Source: a virus
Direction: 5' to 3' (one strand)
Virus record (IMG/VR): IMGVR_UViG_3300047471_000466
Location: 15,248-79,247 of that record
DNA length: 64,000 nt
Shown: piece after piece, positions 26,812 through 37,450 of the stretch
Layout of the letters: each line of letters starts with the position of its first letter
How positions within the stretch are numbered: position 1 is the first letter of the stretch
Made by a program: the position numbers and the translations under genes
Notes under the pieces: model-generated
The model's database searches: none
Told to the model about the DNA's origin: nothing
Seen by the model: the letters and a program-made list of their open reading frames with translations, nothing else

Positions 26812-26852
26812 TTCAATTTGCCGCGTGGCGGCTAACATGTAGGATAAATATT

Positions 26853-27026
26853 ATGAGTCCAATCATTCTTTTCCTTCGTGTTTTCGGGAAGAAAGACCCA
26901 ACTCAGACGACGGGTGATTTCAAGAATGAGTGCGGAAACCTCACTCAGGACAGGACATTCGTTGCTGAAGTGGAAGCTTTCGCCAAGAAAACTGGCATTA
27001 TTCCGGAAACCGAAGTCATCAGCTAA
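26853..27026 (+). CDS. Small hypothetical protein (57 aa; not in the ORF track)
   Basis: SD agga; MSPIILFLRVFGKKD...; stop codon lies in the stem of H4. Confidence 0.6.
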   Translation: MSPIILFLRVFGKKDPTQTTGDFKNECGNLTQDRTFVAEVEAFAKKTGIIPETEVIS

Positions 27027-27070
27027 TCGCTGTCGCAGCCTTGGAAACAGGGCTGCGCAAGCGGTGAGTT
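27021..27070 (+). promoter_or_regulatory. Intergenic internal-loop hairpin H4
   Basis: cgct-GT-cgcagccttg-gaaa-cagggctgcg-CA-agcg. Confidence 0.55.
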
Positions 27071-27072
27071 TT

Positions 27073-27255
27073 ATGAACGCGTATTACTACACGAACGTCA
27101 AAAACGTTCCCTTTTTAATGATGATAGTCTACGCCAAGGATATTGAAGAGGCCGATTGGTTTTTTCAAAAACAAACAGGCGTCAATCCGAATAAGAATTC
27201 ATTTATCACTTGTCGAATTGAGTTTAATTCGACTCCAATTGTATGGAAAAAATAA
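27073..27255 (+). CDS. Hypothetical protein
   Basis: Start revised to ATG 27073 (MNAYYYTNVK), directly after H4. Confidence 0.6.
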   Translation: MNAYYYTNVKNVPFLMMIVYAKDIEEADWFFQKQTGVNPNKNSFITCRIEFNSTPIVWKK

Positions 27256-27671
27256 CCCTGAATAACAGGCTCGTATTACGCGGCCCTTTGGGCTGGCTCT
27301 ACGAGCCTCAATGGGAAGGCCAAGACGGGCTTTGCGCAAGCTGCGGTAAGCCGCTGTCAGAGCATCCTGATTGGATTTTGCCTGATCGTGTGGTTAAATA
27401 CTGCAATGTTTCCAAATCTTGATGCTTTAGTTATTCCAGTCGGCCTGGTTATTGTCGTAATTCTTTTTGTGCATGCCATTCTGGCATCGCTTCCGTGAAA
27501 TATGGTTAACGAACATCCAACTATGGAAGAAGACATTCAAAGCCGTGTAGCGGCTGATGAAGAAATCACCAAGTTGCAGCGAGTCAAGGAGAATATTCTG
27601 AAAACTGCGCTTGATGATGATACCAAATGGCGATGGATTCGTCGAATAGACGCTGAAATCGCCAAACGATT

Positions 27672-27866
27672 ATGATAGAAATAATCCGAAAAGACGGCTC
27701 GTGGATAAAGTTCTCATGTCCTGAGTGGAACTATCTGTCCCCTGCTGCTCAGAAAGACATTATCAGGAAGTTACAAGAAAATCCGGTTAACATTATCTGG
27801 CCTCGGCCTGAGACTTGGCATAAACGAGAAATTGTTCGATCACACGGCGAACTGAAAACTCCGTGA
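27672..27866 (+). CDS. Hypothetical protein
   Basis: Coupled small ORF. Confidence 0.5.
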   Translation: MIEIIRKDGSWIKFSCPEWNYLSPAAQKDIIRKLQENPVNIIWPRPETWHKREIVRSHGELKTP

Positions 27867-28014
27867 TGGCGGTAGGCTTGCCATTTGTTTCTAGCAAGCT
27901 GCGCTAGCTTACCGAGATTCGTGTGAGCCCCGCTCCCCTGCGGCCATGTCCCGATAGGGTTTGTTACATGGCCGCAGCGAGCAGGGTTTTCCTGCTGAAA
28001 GGGGGTGAAAATAA

Positions 28015-28392
28015 ATGGTTACAGTTAGAATACGCCGATCTAAATGGTCGCGTGGTAACTGCGATTCCAGCAATATGTTGTTGGTTAAAGACGGAAATCC
28101 CAGACTAAACAAGTCCTTTAGATCAGGAAATATGTGTTGTTTGGGTTTCGCTTGTCTGGCTTTAGGGGCCAAGAAAAAAGACATTCTTGACCAAGCTATG
28201 CCGGACATGGTCGCCGACGACGAGGCAAGAGAAAAGTTAAAGGGATTGGTGAATAGTCACGGCGACAGCAGCCAGTTTGCGTTGGATGCTGCAGAAATAA
28301 ACGATAATGATGAGATTTCAGATCGTGAAAGAGAGCGCGAGTTGCGGCAGTTAGCCAAAGAAAATGGGTTTAGGTTCGTGTTTGTTCCGTAA
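28015..28392 (+). CDS. Hypothetical protein
   Basis: Strong SD aagggggtga; R..W.RG...MCCLGF motif. Confidence 0.75.
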   Translation: MVTVRIRRSKWSRGNCDSSNMLLVKDGNPRLNKSFRSGNMCCLGFACLALGAKKKDILDQAMPDMVADDEAREKLKGLVNSHGDSSQFALDAAEINDNDEISDRERERELRQLAKENGFRFVFVP

Positions 28393-28444
28393 GTCTTGCT
28401 TCCCTGCTACCGTGGTTTTCACGGTAGCAGTCAGCAACGTTTAC
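28389..28444 (+). promoter_or_regulatory. Intergenic internal-loop hairpin H6
   Basis: ttgct-TCC-ctgctaccgtg-gtttt-cacggtagcag-TC-agcaa. Confidence 0.5.
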
Positions 28445-28561
28445 CGTTGCGAACTATGAAACAACACATAAAGACAGTAATCGCTGAACTGCGAAATCCA
28501 AACAGATCGTTGCGGCACAATCTCGCAATTATCCGTTGGAGAATGCAGTATAACTACTGGC

Positions 28562-28621
28562 AATAAGTGAATAAGTGGGGCTGAGAATCAATGGTATTCT
28601 CAGCCCCATCCTTCACTTATT
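28562..28621 (+). promoter_or_regulatory. Intergenic internal-loop hairpin H7
   Basis: aataagtgaa-TAA-gtggggctgagaat-caatggt-attctcagccccat-CC-ttcacttatt; same 7-nt loop as H1. Confidence 0.55.
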
Positions 28622-28873
28622 TTCGTGGGTGAACGGTGAAAAACCTAGTAGCTAATGCGGAACGGAAGCTTGGTGAGCAACCCGTTAGTTCTAAAACACC
28701 AAAGCCCATGCACGGTTCTACGCTGTGCATGGGCAACCAATTTATGAAGGTAAAACTAACAGACAGAGTCGTAGACGTTGAAGTCGTTAGGATGAACACT
28801 CGCACAATGTGGGTTCGTCTTCCCGATGGAAACGTTATTAAACGTCATAAGCGCAAACATGTGGTGACAGAAA

Positions 28874-29320
28874 ATGAAGGACAATCGTGAACCAGAGTCG
28901 AATCCTTTAACAAAAAAAGAATTCGATGAAATTCTCAGGAGAACGGATGGCTTCGAGTCTTTCGTTCCTACTTGTGAAGATATCGTAAGATATCGTTCTC
29001 AAGCTACTCGGCTACTATTAAAGTTGCCTTGTTGGGGTTGTCCGGTGGAAGCCCAAATCACAAAAGTTGTGAATGGAGGAGAATACTTCGTGTATTCAAT
29101 CCTTGGTATGACAAACCACTGGGCTTGTATCCGCGAGGTAGAAATTTTATACATGTTTCCGCCTCAAGAGTTAACGGAACGAATTCGTGATTTAGAAACA
29201 CCCGTAGTAACTGTGGGAGAAGTGAAGAAAGTCCTAAAGAAAGCGGATAAAACTAACAAGCAAATAGGTAAAACATTAAAAGAGTTATTTGATGAACAAA
29301 CCAAGAAACAGAAACGTTAA
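28874..29320 (+). CDS. Hypothetical protein
   Basis: 148-aa ORF in the early-type run. Confidence 0.65.
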   Translation: MKDNREPESNPLTKKEFDEILRRTDGFESFVPTCEDIVRYRSQATRLLLKLPCWGCPVEAQITKVVNGGEYFVYSILGMTNHWACIREVEILYMFPPQELTERIRDLETPVVTVGEVKKVLKKADKTNKQIGKTLKELFDEQTKKQKR

Positions 29321-29693
29321 GAATCGTGCAGCAGCACGGTCTCCAGGTAAACGGGCACGATTACCAGTTAATGGAGCGCCGCAACAATTAACAAACCCTA
29401 AATTCATGAGTTCGCCTCAGAAAAAGGCGTTTGCTGAAGGTGTGGAGATTTGGGTATGATTTCTGAAGAAATTGAGCGGGCAATGGAAGACCTACAGGAA
29501 CAAATTAGCACTTTACGATCAAAAGTTCATTATCAAGATGATCGAATACGCGAATTAGATAACAGAATCTATGATTTAGAGGCAAAAACATGACACACAT
29601 ACAAGAATACCTGACAGGACAGATTAGTTACACCGAAATGTGGCGGGAACTCGCCGATTCCGGTGAGTTGGATTTATTGCCTTTGGCGGTAGA

Positions 29694-29742
29694 GTAATCC
29701 GGTGGCCGCTGCATTCGAAAGAATGCAGCGTGACCGGTTTAT
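29694..29742 (+). promoter_or_regulatory. Intergenic internal-loop hairpin H8
   Basis: ccggt-GGC-cgctgcattc-gaaa-gaatgcagcg-TG-accgg between a TAA stop and an ATG. Confidence 0.55.
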
Positions 29743-30641
29743 GAAATTTCGTATGAGATTAATACTCGACTGTCTGCATCGCAGATATTATTTATGGACA
29801 AGAAAGCATTGGAAACATTGGCGTTGGATTTGGCCCTTCTGATTCTTCAAACAGATTTATACACAGAGAGGCCGGATATCAAGGAGAAAGTCGATCAATT
29901 GATCACTATAACATTGGTGAAATTATGAATGAAAATGAGTTGTGGAGCGAGCATATTCGACGAAATCCCTTAAGAATGAATCAACTTCGTCAAGATAACG
30001 ATGAAGGACAGAATAACGAACCTCCAGAGGAACTAAGCGAAAGCTTTGTCCACATGGTGGAAACATCAACGCCTATATGACAGATAAGCGATACCAAGAG
30101 TTGATGGGAGAAGGCGGCGAAGGAGATGCTGCTGAAACTCCAATGTTGTCCGAAGCAGAACAAGACGAAGGATGGCATTTCTGTAACGAGTTCGATGGAC
30201 TTTTGGTGCAAGGCGACCCGAAGGAAAAGTATTGCGGGAAGGCTTGCATCGAGTGGTGTAGAGGAAAATAAAACATGAATATACAGTTTGTTAGACCCGC
30301 CGCTGTTCGTGGCTGGTGTAAACCCAAAGCGTTGTTAAAGATTTTGTATCACTCTCCTTCGATTGGAATCGATCAATGTATTTGGTTGGAGTCCGGTTCG
30401 CCGGATAACAAAAGAGAGGCAGACGAAATAAACGCAGTAATGAATGAAATAGTATGCAAACTACAATGATAAACCAACAGACAGAAACAACATACATACA
30501 CAATCCCTTGGAACGAGGCGTAATCCCGCCCAAGCAACGTGGCGCTTGCCGCCATTTGCTGGGGCAATACGACCCGCTGTTACACGCTTGGTGCAATGGA
30601 GTATTGCTTCTTGTAACAGGGGAGAATTTGTATCCGAGAGT

Positions 30642-31199
30642 TTAGGACGCGTCCTCAATCTGAGGAGCTTCCGGTCGCACTTCGTAAGCTTCGATAATCT
30701 GCGCCTCGGCGTGGCCTTCAACAGCTTCGTTAATATGCACTAAAGTTTGCTGGACTACGGAATCATTCTCTAGTCCAGCAGCCCTTCGTGCAATTCGATC
30801 CGCAATGTCGAGTTCCTTGAAATCTTTCGGGGCTCTCGCTCTGAACTTCTTTAGAGAAGTGTTCGCAATTTTGAACGCTTGTTCGCGGTGCGATTCGCCA
30901 CTTTTACCCCAGTCTCTTTTGTCGCCTTTCTTTTGTTCCGCCAAGAGTTTTTGTTTGTCTCTGTGATTTATCATTCGCCAACCGTTACGCTTGGCGCGGG
31001 AGCAAATTGCTTGGGAAGTGAGTTTGAATCTTCGAGACGCTTCTGCGACGGTGAGGAAAGAAGTATCTTGTTTTCTATTCGACGGGACATTGCAAGCTTC
31101 TTCGATCATATCCCAAGCGATTACTTCGCCATCGGCGTTTTTGATGGTGGTGGTTGCGACTCCTGGTTTTGACTGATTTTCTGGTAAGCCCCAAGGCAT
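30642..31199 (-). CDS. Probable terminase small subunit (N-terminal HTH)
   Basis: TVAEASRRFKLTSQAICSRAKRNGW HTH, helical middle, acidic tail; own promoter TTGCTT-N16-TAAAAT 6 nt upstream. Confidence 0.55.
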   Translation of the reverse strand: MPWGLPENQSKPGVATTTIKNADGEVIAWDMIEEACNVPSNRKQDTSFLTVAEASRRFKLTSQAICSRAKRNGWRMINHRDKQKLLAEQKKGDKRDWGKSGESHREQAFKIANTSLKKFRARAPKDFKELDIADRIARRAAGLENDSVVQQTLVHINEAVEGHAEAQIIEAYEVRPEAPQIEDAS

Positions 31200-31608
31200 T
31201 AATTAATTTTACACAACAGAAAGGAAAAAGCAATTGAAAGAAATACAAGAGTTTAAACATAAATTAGGTATTTTAAGGGATTCGCTCCGCGTAAAGTTAG
31301 TGGAGCTTGAGAAAATTCAGAGTGAATTTTCCAATATGTCCGAGAGTTTAGATCGGGCTGTTGAGGGGTTGACTGATTCAGTAGACAGTTTGAGCGCAGA
31401 AGTATGATACGATACGAAATTAGAGAAAGAGCCCCGATTTTCGGGATAGGCTGGATTGTTCGCGCCGCGTTTGACAACGTTGGTGACGCCCGAGGTTATT
31501 GGTCTACAGCAGTATTTGATGGGGTGGAGGCGGAATTGGTGCAGATTAAATGCACTGAAACCCGTCAACACTACCATTCTGCGGATGGAACGGAAGCCTA
31601 TTAATTTT

Positions 31609-32133
31609 ATGAAACTAGGAAGCCCTGAAGCAATGAGACAAGAACCCTCGAACCATGGTTGGGAAGAGAGGGAAGCAGAGCGGGATGAAGCGGAGCGTAA
31701 AGCAGAAGAGTTAAAAGAACTCGAAGTTCACATTAAGAAAATCTTAATCGAGACTGAAAATTCGTGGATAATTAGGAATCTTCAGCCAGTTATTGCAAAC
31801 TTATCTCCACGAGTGTATATCGAAGAGGCGATCTTGGCTAACCAGACTCCACGATTTGATTATCTCGCCGCCAAGAGCAAGACGAGCGAAATCATAAATG
31901 AGTGGACAGAAATTCAAGAAGAAAAGTATCGTCTAGCTGATATGGCAGCAGCAAAACAAGAATACGACGCTGCAACGCCAGCGGAGAGAGCGAAAGTTCT
32001 CGGAGAAGAGGATGAAGACGAATGTCCCCATGACGAACACGATCATGGTATTTGTTTGGATTGCGGCAAGGATATATGGGACGATGTGGTAGCTGCGGCT
32101 GAATTTAGAGCAGATAGTTTGGAGGATAGATGA
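31609..32133 (+). CDS. Hypothetical acidic protein with C-terminal Zn-ribbon-like motif
   Basis: CPHDEHDHGICLDCG; start revised to 31609. Confidence 0.6.
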   Translation: MKLGSPEAMRQEPSNHGWEEREAERDEAERKAEELKELEVHIKKILIETENSWIIRNLQPVIANLSPRVYIEEAILANQTPRFDYLAAKSKTSEIINEWTEIQEEKYRLADMAAAKQEYDAATPAERAKVLGEEDEDECPHDEHDHGICLDCGKDIWDDVVAAAEFRADSLEDR

Positions 32134-32387
32134 ACGCTAAAGACATTCACCAGTTGGCCGTTCAAATTTGGATTAAAGAGAGCCCTTTAGCTGGAAAAAT
32201 TCCTGATCGTAAAGAAGTAGAGTTTTTACGAGCGTGGATTCGCTCAACAATAGAAGGATTAAGAATTTACAGGCTATGCAAAAAGCAATGATTATGTGGC
32301 CCTATCTCTGTTCCCGTCTTGGCTCCTTCGCTTTACCAAGATTACGAAGCACTGTCTACGCCAGACGGAACCAATGGCGATCAATTT

Positions 32388-33775
32388 ATGAACACTTACC
32401 TCGCAGTAAAAGATGATCGAGTTATCGCACGAGCCGATTCTCGTGGAGAACTTTGTTTGCAAATTATGTCAGTTTTGGTTGATGATGCGGGTAAAGTTTT
32501 TATAGGAACCAATCAAGATTCGATATCATACGACCCAAAACAGTGGTCAAAAGAAGAGGCTTTTAGAGATTTTGTGAGATACCGAATGAAACACAAACTA
32601 CCAAGCGGGGTAGAAGTATTTTATTGTGAAAGAATATGAAAACGTATGTAACCGTCTGCAAGAATGTAATCTTGCGAAACCTAAAACGAGGAAGGAATGA
32701 CCCGCCGATTCGCGTCAGCAGGGGTAAGTATGGTCGTGCTAGTCATCACCATACTTACCGAAACGGACGAATAACTGTGCGATCAGAAATGCACGAACCG
32801 TTGCCTTGGGGCGCAAGAGTGTGGGTGGAGATAGAAGACTAAGCAAATGAGTACTGAAATAGCGGAAGTAAAAGGCAGGTATAACAAACTTGATCTCTCG
32901 CAATTTTATGGCGGGAAAAAAGAAGGACTGTGTTTGCAGTTGACTCCGTGGCCTCCTGACCCAACCGGAGCCTATGTTCAGTTTACCAAAACCCAAGTCC
33001 AACAACTCGTTCGTGAATTGCAGAACTGGTTAGGTGAAACAGAGTTGCCTTGGGAGCCTGCAGATGGGCAAGATTATCGAGATCAAGAATGAAAATCATA
33101 GGAGATACACAAATAGTTAGAACCGTTCCTCTGTCAGAAGACATGGGCGGGATTGCGGAATGGGAAATCCCTGTCGCCTTCAACGTTGAAGAATTGTATA
33201 AAGGCAGCGAGGAACCAGACGACCCCTCTACTTGCACTATAAATGAGCGGGTGAAAGTGTTGGAAGACACGGGCCCGTTTAAAGTAGGCGACATGTTAGT
33301 CCTTACAGGAGAGGAACAGCGAGAAATAGAACAAGAGGAATTACAAAATCAATTATGAAAAACATACCAGAGACTTATCGAGGGTCTTCCTCGGGGTTCA
33401 TTAAAAGAACAAAAAAACCGGTGATCGACATCGTTCTCCAGAATGGTTATATCTACGACATTGTGGACATTCCAAAAGGAACCACGATAAGAGTTTTTGA
33501 TTACGATACAGACGGAATTGACGCCGATCAGTTACGTAACTCGCCCTACGATGAGGGCAAACAAGCAGTATTAACATATTGGGAATAACATGAGAGCAAC
33601 AATAGAAGATCTAATTAAAGATTTTAATGACGTAGCGAATCGAAAGAATCCAAGACTCCCGTTTGATTTATATGAGGGCATCCGAGATATCATTGATACC
33701 TTTGGTGGCAAAGCATCAGATGCAGGGAAGTTTTTTGAGGAGTATAGACGAACTCGACACATCGACAAAATATAA
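32388..33775 (+). other. Run of six small, tightly packed hypothetical ORFs
   Basis: 32388-32639, 32636-32842, 32847-33092, 33089-33358, 33355-33588, 33590-33775; several ATGA overlaps. Confidence 0.6.
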
Positions 33776-33787
33776 CAGAAGGAATAA

Positions 33788-35962
33788 ATGAAAGTAGCAG
33801 ATTATGGTGGTAGTCCTACTCAAGCTACGCCGTTTGAAACTGCGAAGATAGGTCTGGCGAAGTCGCGGGAAGGTCAGTTGATGATCTTGAACGTGCTTTC
33901 CAGCACTTTGTATTCGGATAAGATTTCGGCAGTGTGGCGGGAGTACGGATGCAACGGCGTAGATGCGAACATAGAAGTAGGCAAAGCAGACGTTCCAATT
34001 AAGATCGTCCTGCCCACTACTGTTTCGCCTACGGCAATCATTCGTGATTATGGAACCGGCATATCGAAAGAAGATATGTTGGGGCGGTTCCTGTGGATGG
34101 GTGAATCCACTAAACGAAATAGCAATGCAGTGACGGGAATGCTTGGTATTGGCCGGATGTCAGGTTTGGCTTACGGAGATTCATTCCTAGTCGTGTCTTA
34201 TACAAACGGCACGAAGATAACATACAATATCTATCGTGATCAGGGTGTCCCTGCGATGGCCGTGATGCACGAAGATAAAACCGATGAACCGGATGGACTG
34301 GAAATCAAAGTCCCAGTTCGTCGGGAAGATATCAACACTTTTGCACAACGGGCAGAGAAAACCTTTCGATATTTCAAAGTCCGTCCGGAAGTAAAAGGCG
34401 GAACGATAGATTGGAAAAGTTCGGAACCCAAGTTCAAAGGAAACGGTTGGGCCATAACTGGAACCGGCGAATCTGTCGCAGTTATGGGTAATGTGGGTTA
34501 CGCGATTGACCGATACTCTCTGAGTGTTGGGGGGAGCCTAGAGGAAATATTAGCACAGGGCGCAATCCTGTATTTTGATATTGGCGAACTTGAGATTACC
34601 GCCAACCGGGAAGGGCTGCAGTATAAAGGCAAGACTATTCCGGCGATCAAAGAGAAGTTGAAAATTCTTTCCGATGAACTGGCGGCGACAATTACCCAGA
34701 CCATTGCCTCTGCGTCGTCTTATTGGGATGCGAAGAAAGCTTTTGGTGTGGCGTTTGAACACGGTGGAAGTAATCAATTCTATGGTAGTGGATTGTCGAA
34801 TATTGTATCCAACAAAGTAACTTGGAACGGCATTCCCGTTAAGACGGGGCGGTTTAAGATACTGAATGATCTGGGGAAAGACGGCAATCCGGACCCAGAG
34901 ATTGGTGTTACTCTCTACGACAAATCAAACTGGCGAAGAACGGTAAAACGAAATCCGAATCCTGAAATGATTTTCGCCAATGATAAAAACTTCTTGGTGG
35001 AGAACGATCTCCCGAAGAAAGGGCCGTCGCCAGCAAGAGTAAAACAGTATTTCACAGATCATCCGGATGTGGTAGCATTAGCGGTTTTAACCTTCGACAC
35101 CGACAAAGCGAAAGATCGGTATTGGAAGGCGAGACATTTGGACGGTGCGCCGATACTTCTGTTGTCCACGTTTCCGAAACCTGCGCCGATTCCAAATGTG
35201 GCGGGGAAAACAGGGCCGTATAATTCCAAGTATTCCGCAAGGGCGTTTGTCTTGGACGAAGGCACAACATCTTCTCGAATGTCTTATCAAAAAGATAAAT
35301 GTTCGGATTGGTGGAAGCAGGAATCGGTGGATAAGAACGCTGGTGGAGTTTATGTTGTAATTGACAAATTCGAAATTAAGAATCCAGCAGGATATACTGA
35401 GGTTCCTCGAAGTATCCTAACGCACGTCGCGTCATGGCGAACAGCGGGATTGCTGACAACGCCGCTATATGGATTCAAGGAAGACAAAGTGGCGAAGTTG
35501 GGGCCGAAGTGGGTTAAGTTGCAGGATCATTTGGCGGCTAAATTGGCCAATGTAATGATGTGGCCCACTGCAGCCAAGGACCTTGCAGAATATTTCGCTG
35601 CTGCCAAGTATGACGGCTTCATTGATGCCAAGCATAAAAAGTTACTGCCCGCTAATTGTTCGGCGGCACAGTTGATCGCGACCAGAGAAATGTGGCTGGG
35701 AGTGAAACATAACGAGATTTACAAAGTTCTGTATTCACACCAGAATTCCAGATTTCTAAAGCTGCCCGCCATAAAGTCCTCGGGGGTATTCGATTATGAG
35801 AAATTTGAAAAGAGCGTTAAGATGCGGTATCCTTTACTGGATTTGCTGGCGCGGCATATTGTTCTTGCCTCCGACACGAAAATATTTCAACCAATTGCAG
35901 ATTACATTAATTTGATAGAAAAAGATTTCGGGAGCAGAACTCCCACAAAACAGAAAGTATAA
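33788..35962 (+). CDS. rIIA: rIIA-like protein (GHKL/Hsp90-type ATPase N-terminus)
   Basis: LYSDKISAVWREYGCNGVDA, IRDYGTG, STKRNSN..GMLGIG, VAVMGNVGY, FDIGELEITANREGL; followed by rIIB. Confidence 0.88.
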   Translation: MKVADYGGSPTQATPFETAKIGLAKSREGQLMILNVLSSTLYSDKISAVWREYGCNGVDANIEVGKADVPIKIVLPTTVSPTAIIRDYGTGISKEDMLGRFLWMGESTKRNSNAVTGMLGIGRMSGLAYGDSFLVVSYTNGTKITYNIYRDQGVPAMAVMHEDKTDEPDGLEIKVPVRREDINTFAQRAEKTFRYFKVRPEVKGGTIDWKSSEPKFKGNGWAITGTGESVAVMGNVGYAIDRYSLSVGGSLEEILAQGAILYFDIGELEITANREGLQYKGKTIPAIKEKLKILSDELAATITQTIASASSYWDAKKAFGVAFEHGGSNQFYGSGLSNIVSNKVTWNGIPVKTGRFKILNDLGKDGNPDPEIGVTLYDKSNWRRTVKRNPNPEMIFANDKNFLVENDLPKKGPSPARVKQYFTDHPDVVALAVLTFDTDKAKDRYWKARHLDGAPILLLSTFPKPAPIPNVAGKTGPYNSKYSARAFVLDEGTTSSRMSYQKDKCSDWWKQESVDKNAGGVYVVIDKFEIKNPAGYTEVPRSILTHVASWRTAGLLTTPLYGFKEDKVAKLGPKWVKLQDHLAAKLANVMMWPTAAKDLAEYFAAAKYDGFIDAKHKKLLPANCSAAQLIATREMWLGVKHNEIYKVLYSHQNSRFLKLPAIKSSGVFDYEKFEKSVKMRYPLLDLLARHIVLASDTKIFQPIADYINLIEKDFGSRTPTKQKV

Positions 35963-36727
35963 ATGGTCCCACATATAAAAACAGATGAAGCGTTGACGGC
36001 GATCATTGGTAGCAAGGCGTATACAATTACGTCTGATAATCCGTCCTATACGCAGGTATGGGATGCGATTGCTAACGACGAGCCGGATTACGAGATCGTC
36101 GAATTGTTCAATCAAGCGACGGCAGTTAAGCGGTATTTCCAAGGTGACGGCATCGAGGTTACCGACGATAACGAACTGTTCTTCAACGGAGAACGGATTC
36201 ATAACGTAGCGGTAGATCGAATCTTCGACTTTATGTCGAAAGGTCTGCCGTATCAGCCGTTGCTGAAGTTCCTGCAACGGTTGCAGGCTAATCCGAGTCG
36301 AACCTCGGTAGAGGAATTGTATAAGTTCCTTGAGCATAAAGCGTTGCCTATCACTGAGGACGGGTTCGTTCTCGGTTACAAAGGCGTAACCAGCGATTAC
36401 AAAGATGTTCACACGAACACTTTCAACAACCGTCCAGGTGCGAAGAACTCGATGCCTCGGAATGGTGTTGACGATAATCGCCGTAATCATTGCTCGTCTG
36501 GATTCCATATCGGTTCGCTGGAATACGCGACCCATTGGGGTAACCGAGTAGTGATTGTGAAATTCGATCCCGCCGATGCAGTGTCGGTTCCAGAGGATTC
36601 GGATTGTCAGAAACTCCGAGTATGTAGGTATGAAGTGGTGTGTGATTACGAGGGACCATTGCCTCGTCCGTTGCACTCCTCTAACGACCCATACGAGGAC
36701 GACATCGACCACTCGTTCGACTACTAA
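35963..36727 (+). CDS. rIIB: rIIB-like protein
   Basis: L..NPS..S..ELYKFL, ITEDG..LGYKGV, MPR..VDD.R..HCSSGFH.GS, PADAVSVP.D...KLRVCRY. Confidence 0.9.
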   Translation: MVPHIKTDEALTAIIGSKAYTITSDNPSYTQVWDAIANDEPDYEIVELFNQATAVKRYFQGDGIEVTDDNELFFNGERIHNVAVDRIFDFMSKGLPYQPLLKFLQRLQANPSRTSVEELYKFLEHKALPITEDGFVLGYKGVTSDYKDVHTNTFNNRPGAKNSMPRNGVDDNRRNHCSSGFHIGSLEYATHWGNRVVIVKFDPADAVSVPEDSDCQKLRVCRYEVVCDYEGPLPRPLHSSNDPYEDDIDHSFDY

Positions 36728-36744
36728 GATTAGCTAACCAAGGT

Positions 36745-36778
36745 AGGACGACGGGTCCAAATCCCGTCGTCCTCTTTT
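36745..36778 (+). terminator. Intrinsic terminator-like hairpin after rIIB
   Basis: aggacgacggg-tccaaat-cccgtcgtcct followed by ctttt. Confidence 0.55.
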
Positions 36779-37450
36779 AACAAAAGGAGAACCAAATGAA
36801 CGAATGGGACGTAATCAAGGAATTACGAGAAGCTCTAACGGACGCGAGAGATCATTTACAGTATTGCGGATACGGTGATAAATGGGAAAGAGAGTGCGCT
36901 CAATCAGCTAAACTCCCCCAACAAATTCAAAAGGCGATAGATAAAGCCGATGAATTTTTAGCACAATGAGCGATCAATTTTCGACACCACAATGTCGTCC
37001 AACAGATTTGTTCCTTTCAGGAATGAATAAATCCGAAAGGGCAAAGTTAATCAGTAAGCCTTGGGGCATGGCAGACGTGATGCGAGAGAAAAAAGCAGCA
37101 GAGAAACGAAAGGAGATTGTAGCGAAGTGGCGAGAAAGAAACAGAAAAAAGTAGAGCCGTTGAAATATTTACGTTATCCAGATCGATTTAGAAAAGAGTA
37201 CCGAGTTTGTGTTGAAGTAATAACAACTGGATGGGTGGACGCTTGGGACGAAGTTCAAGAAAAACTTCCGGAAGGAAAGGTGATATGGGTAGAAGAAACT
37301 TAAAGAAGGGGGATTCTGTTCTAGCCGCGGCAGCGGCCACATACTGGAGCGATGAACTATTAATGCTCACCGTGCTTGAAGCATGTATAACTGAACAAGT
37401 GCTTCCCGCTAAAAATTCGCCGTGTCACAAAAGACTAAGAAAGATTATTC

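Noticed and set aside
26878-27072. N-terminal extension of ORF 26878..27255
   Set aside because: It overlaps a better-supported ORF (26853-27026) and runs through hairpin H4; the likely start is 27073
35834-36712. 292-aa minus-strand ORF
   Set aside because: Antisense shadow of rIIB with no recognisable motifs
33788-36727. rIIA/rIIB as a novel system
   Set aside because: A well-known pair that is widespread in lytic phages
36728-36775. tRNA-like element (D-loop-like tagctaaccaaggtag and T-arm-like acggg-tccaaat-cccgt)
   Set aside because: No anticodon arm or acceptor stem; better explained as a terminator hairpin. No tRNA gene was recognised in the window
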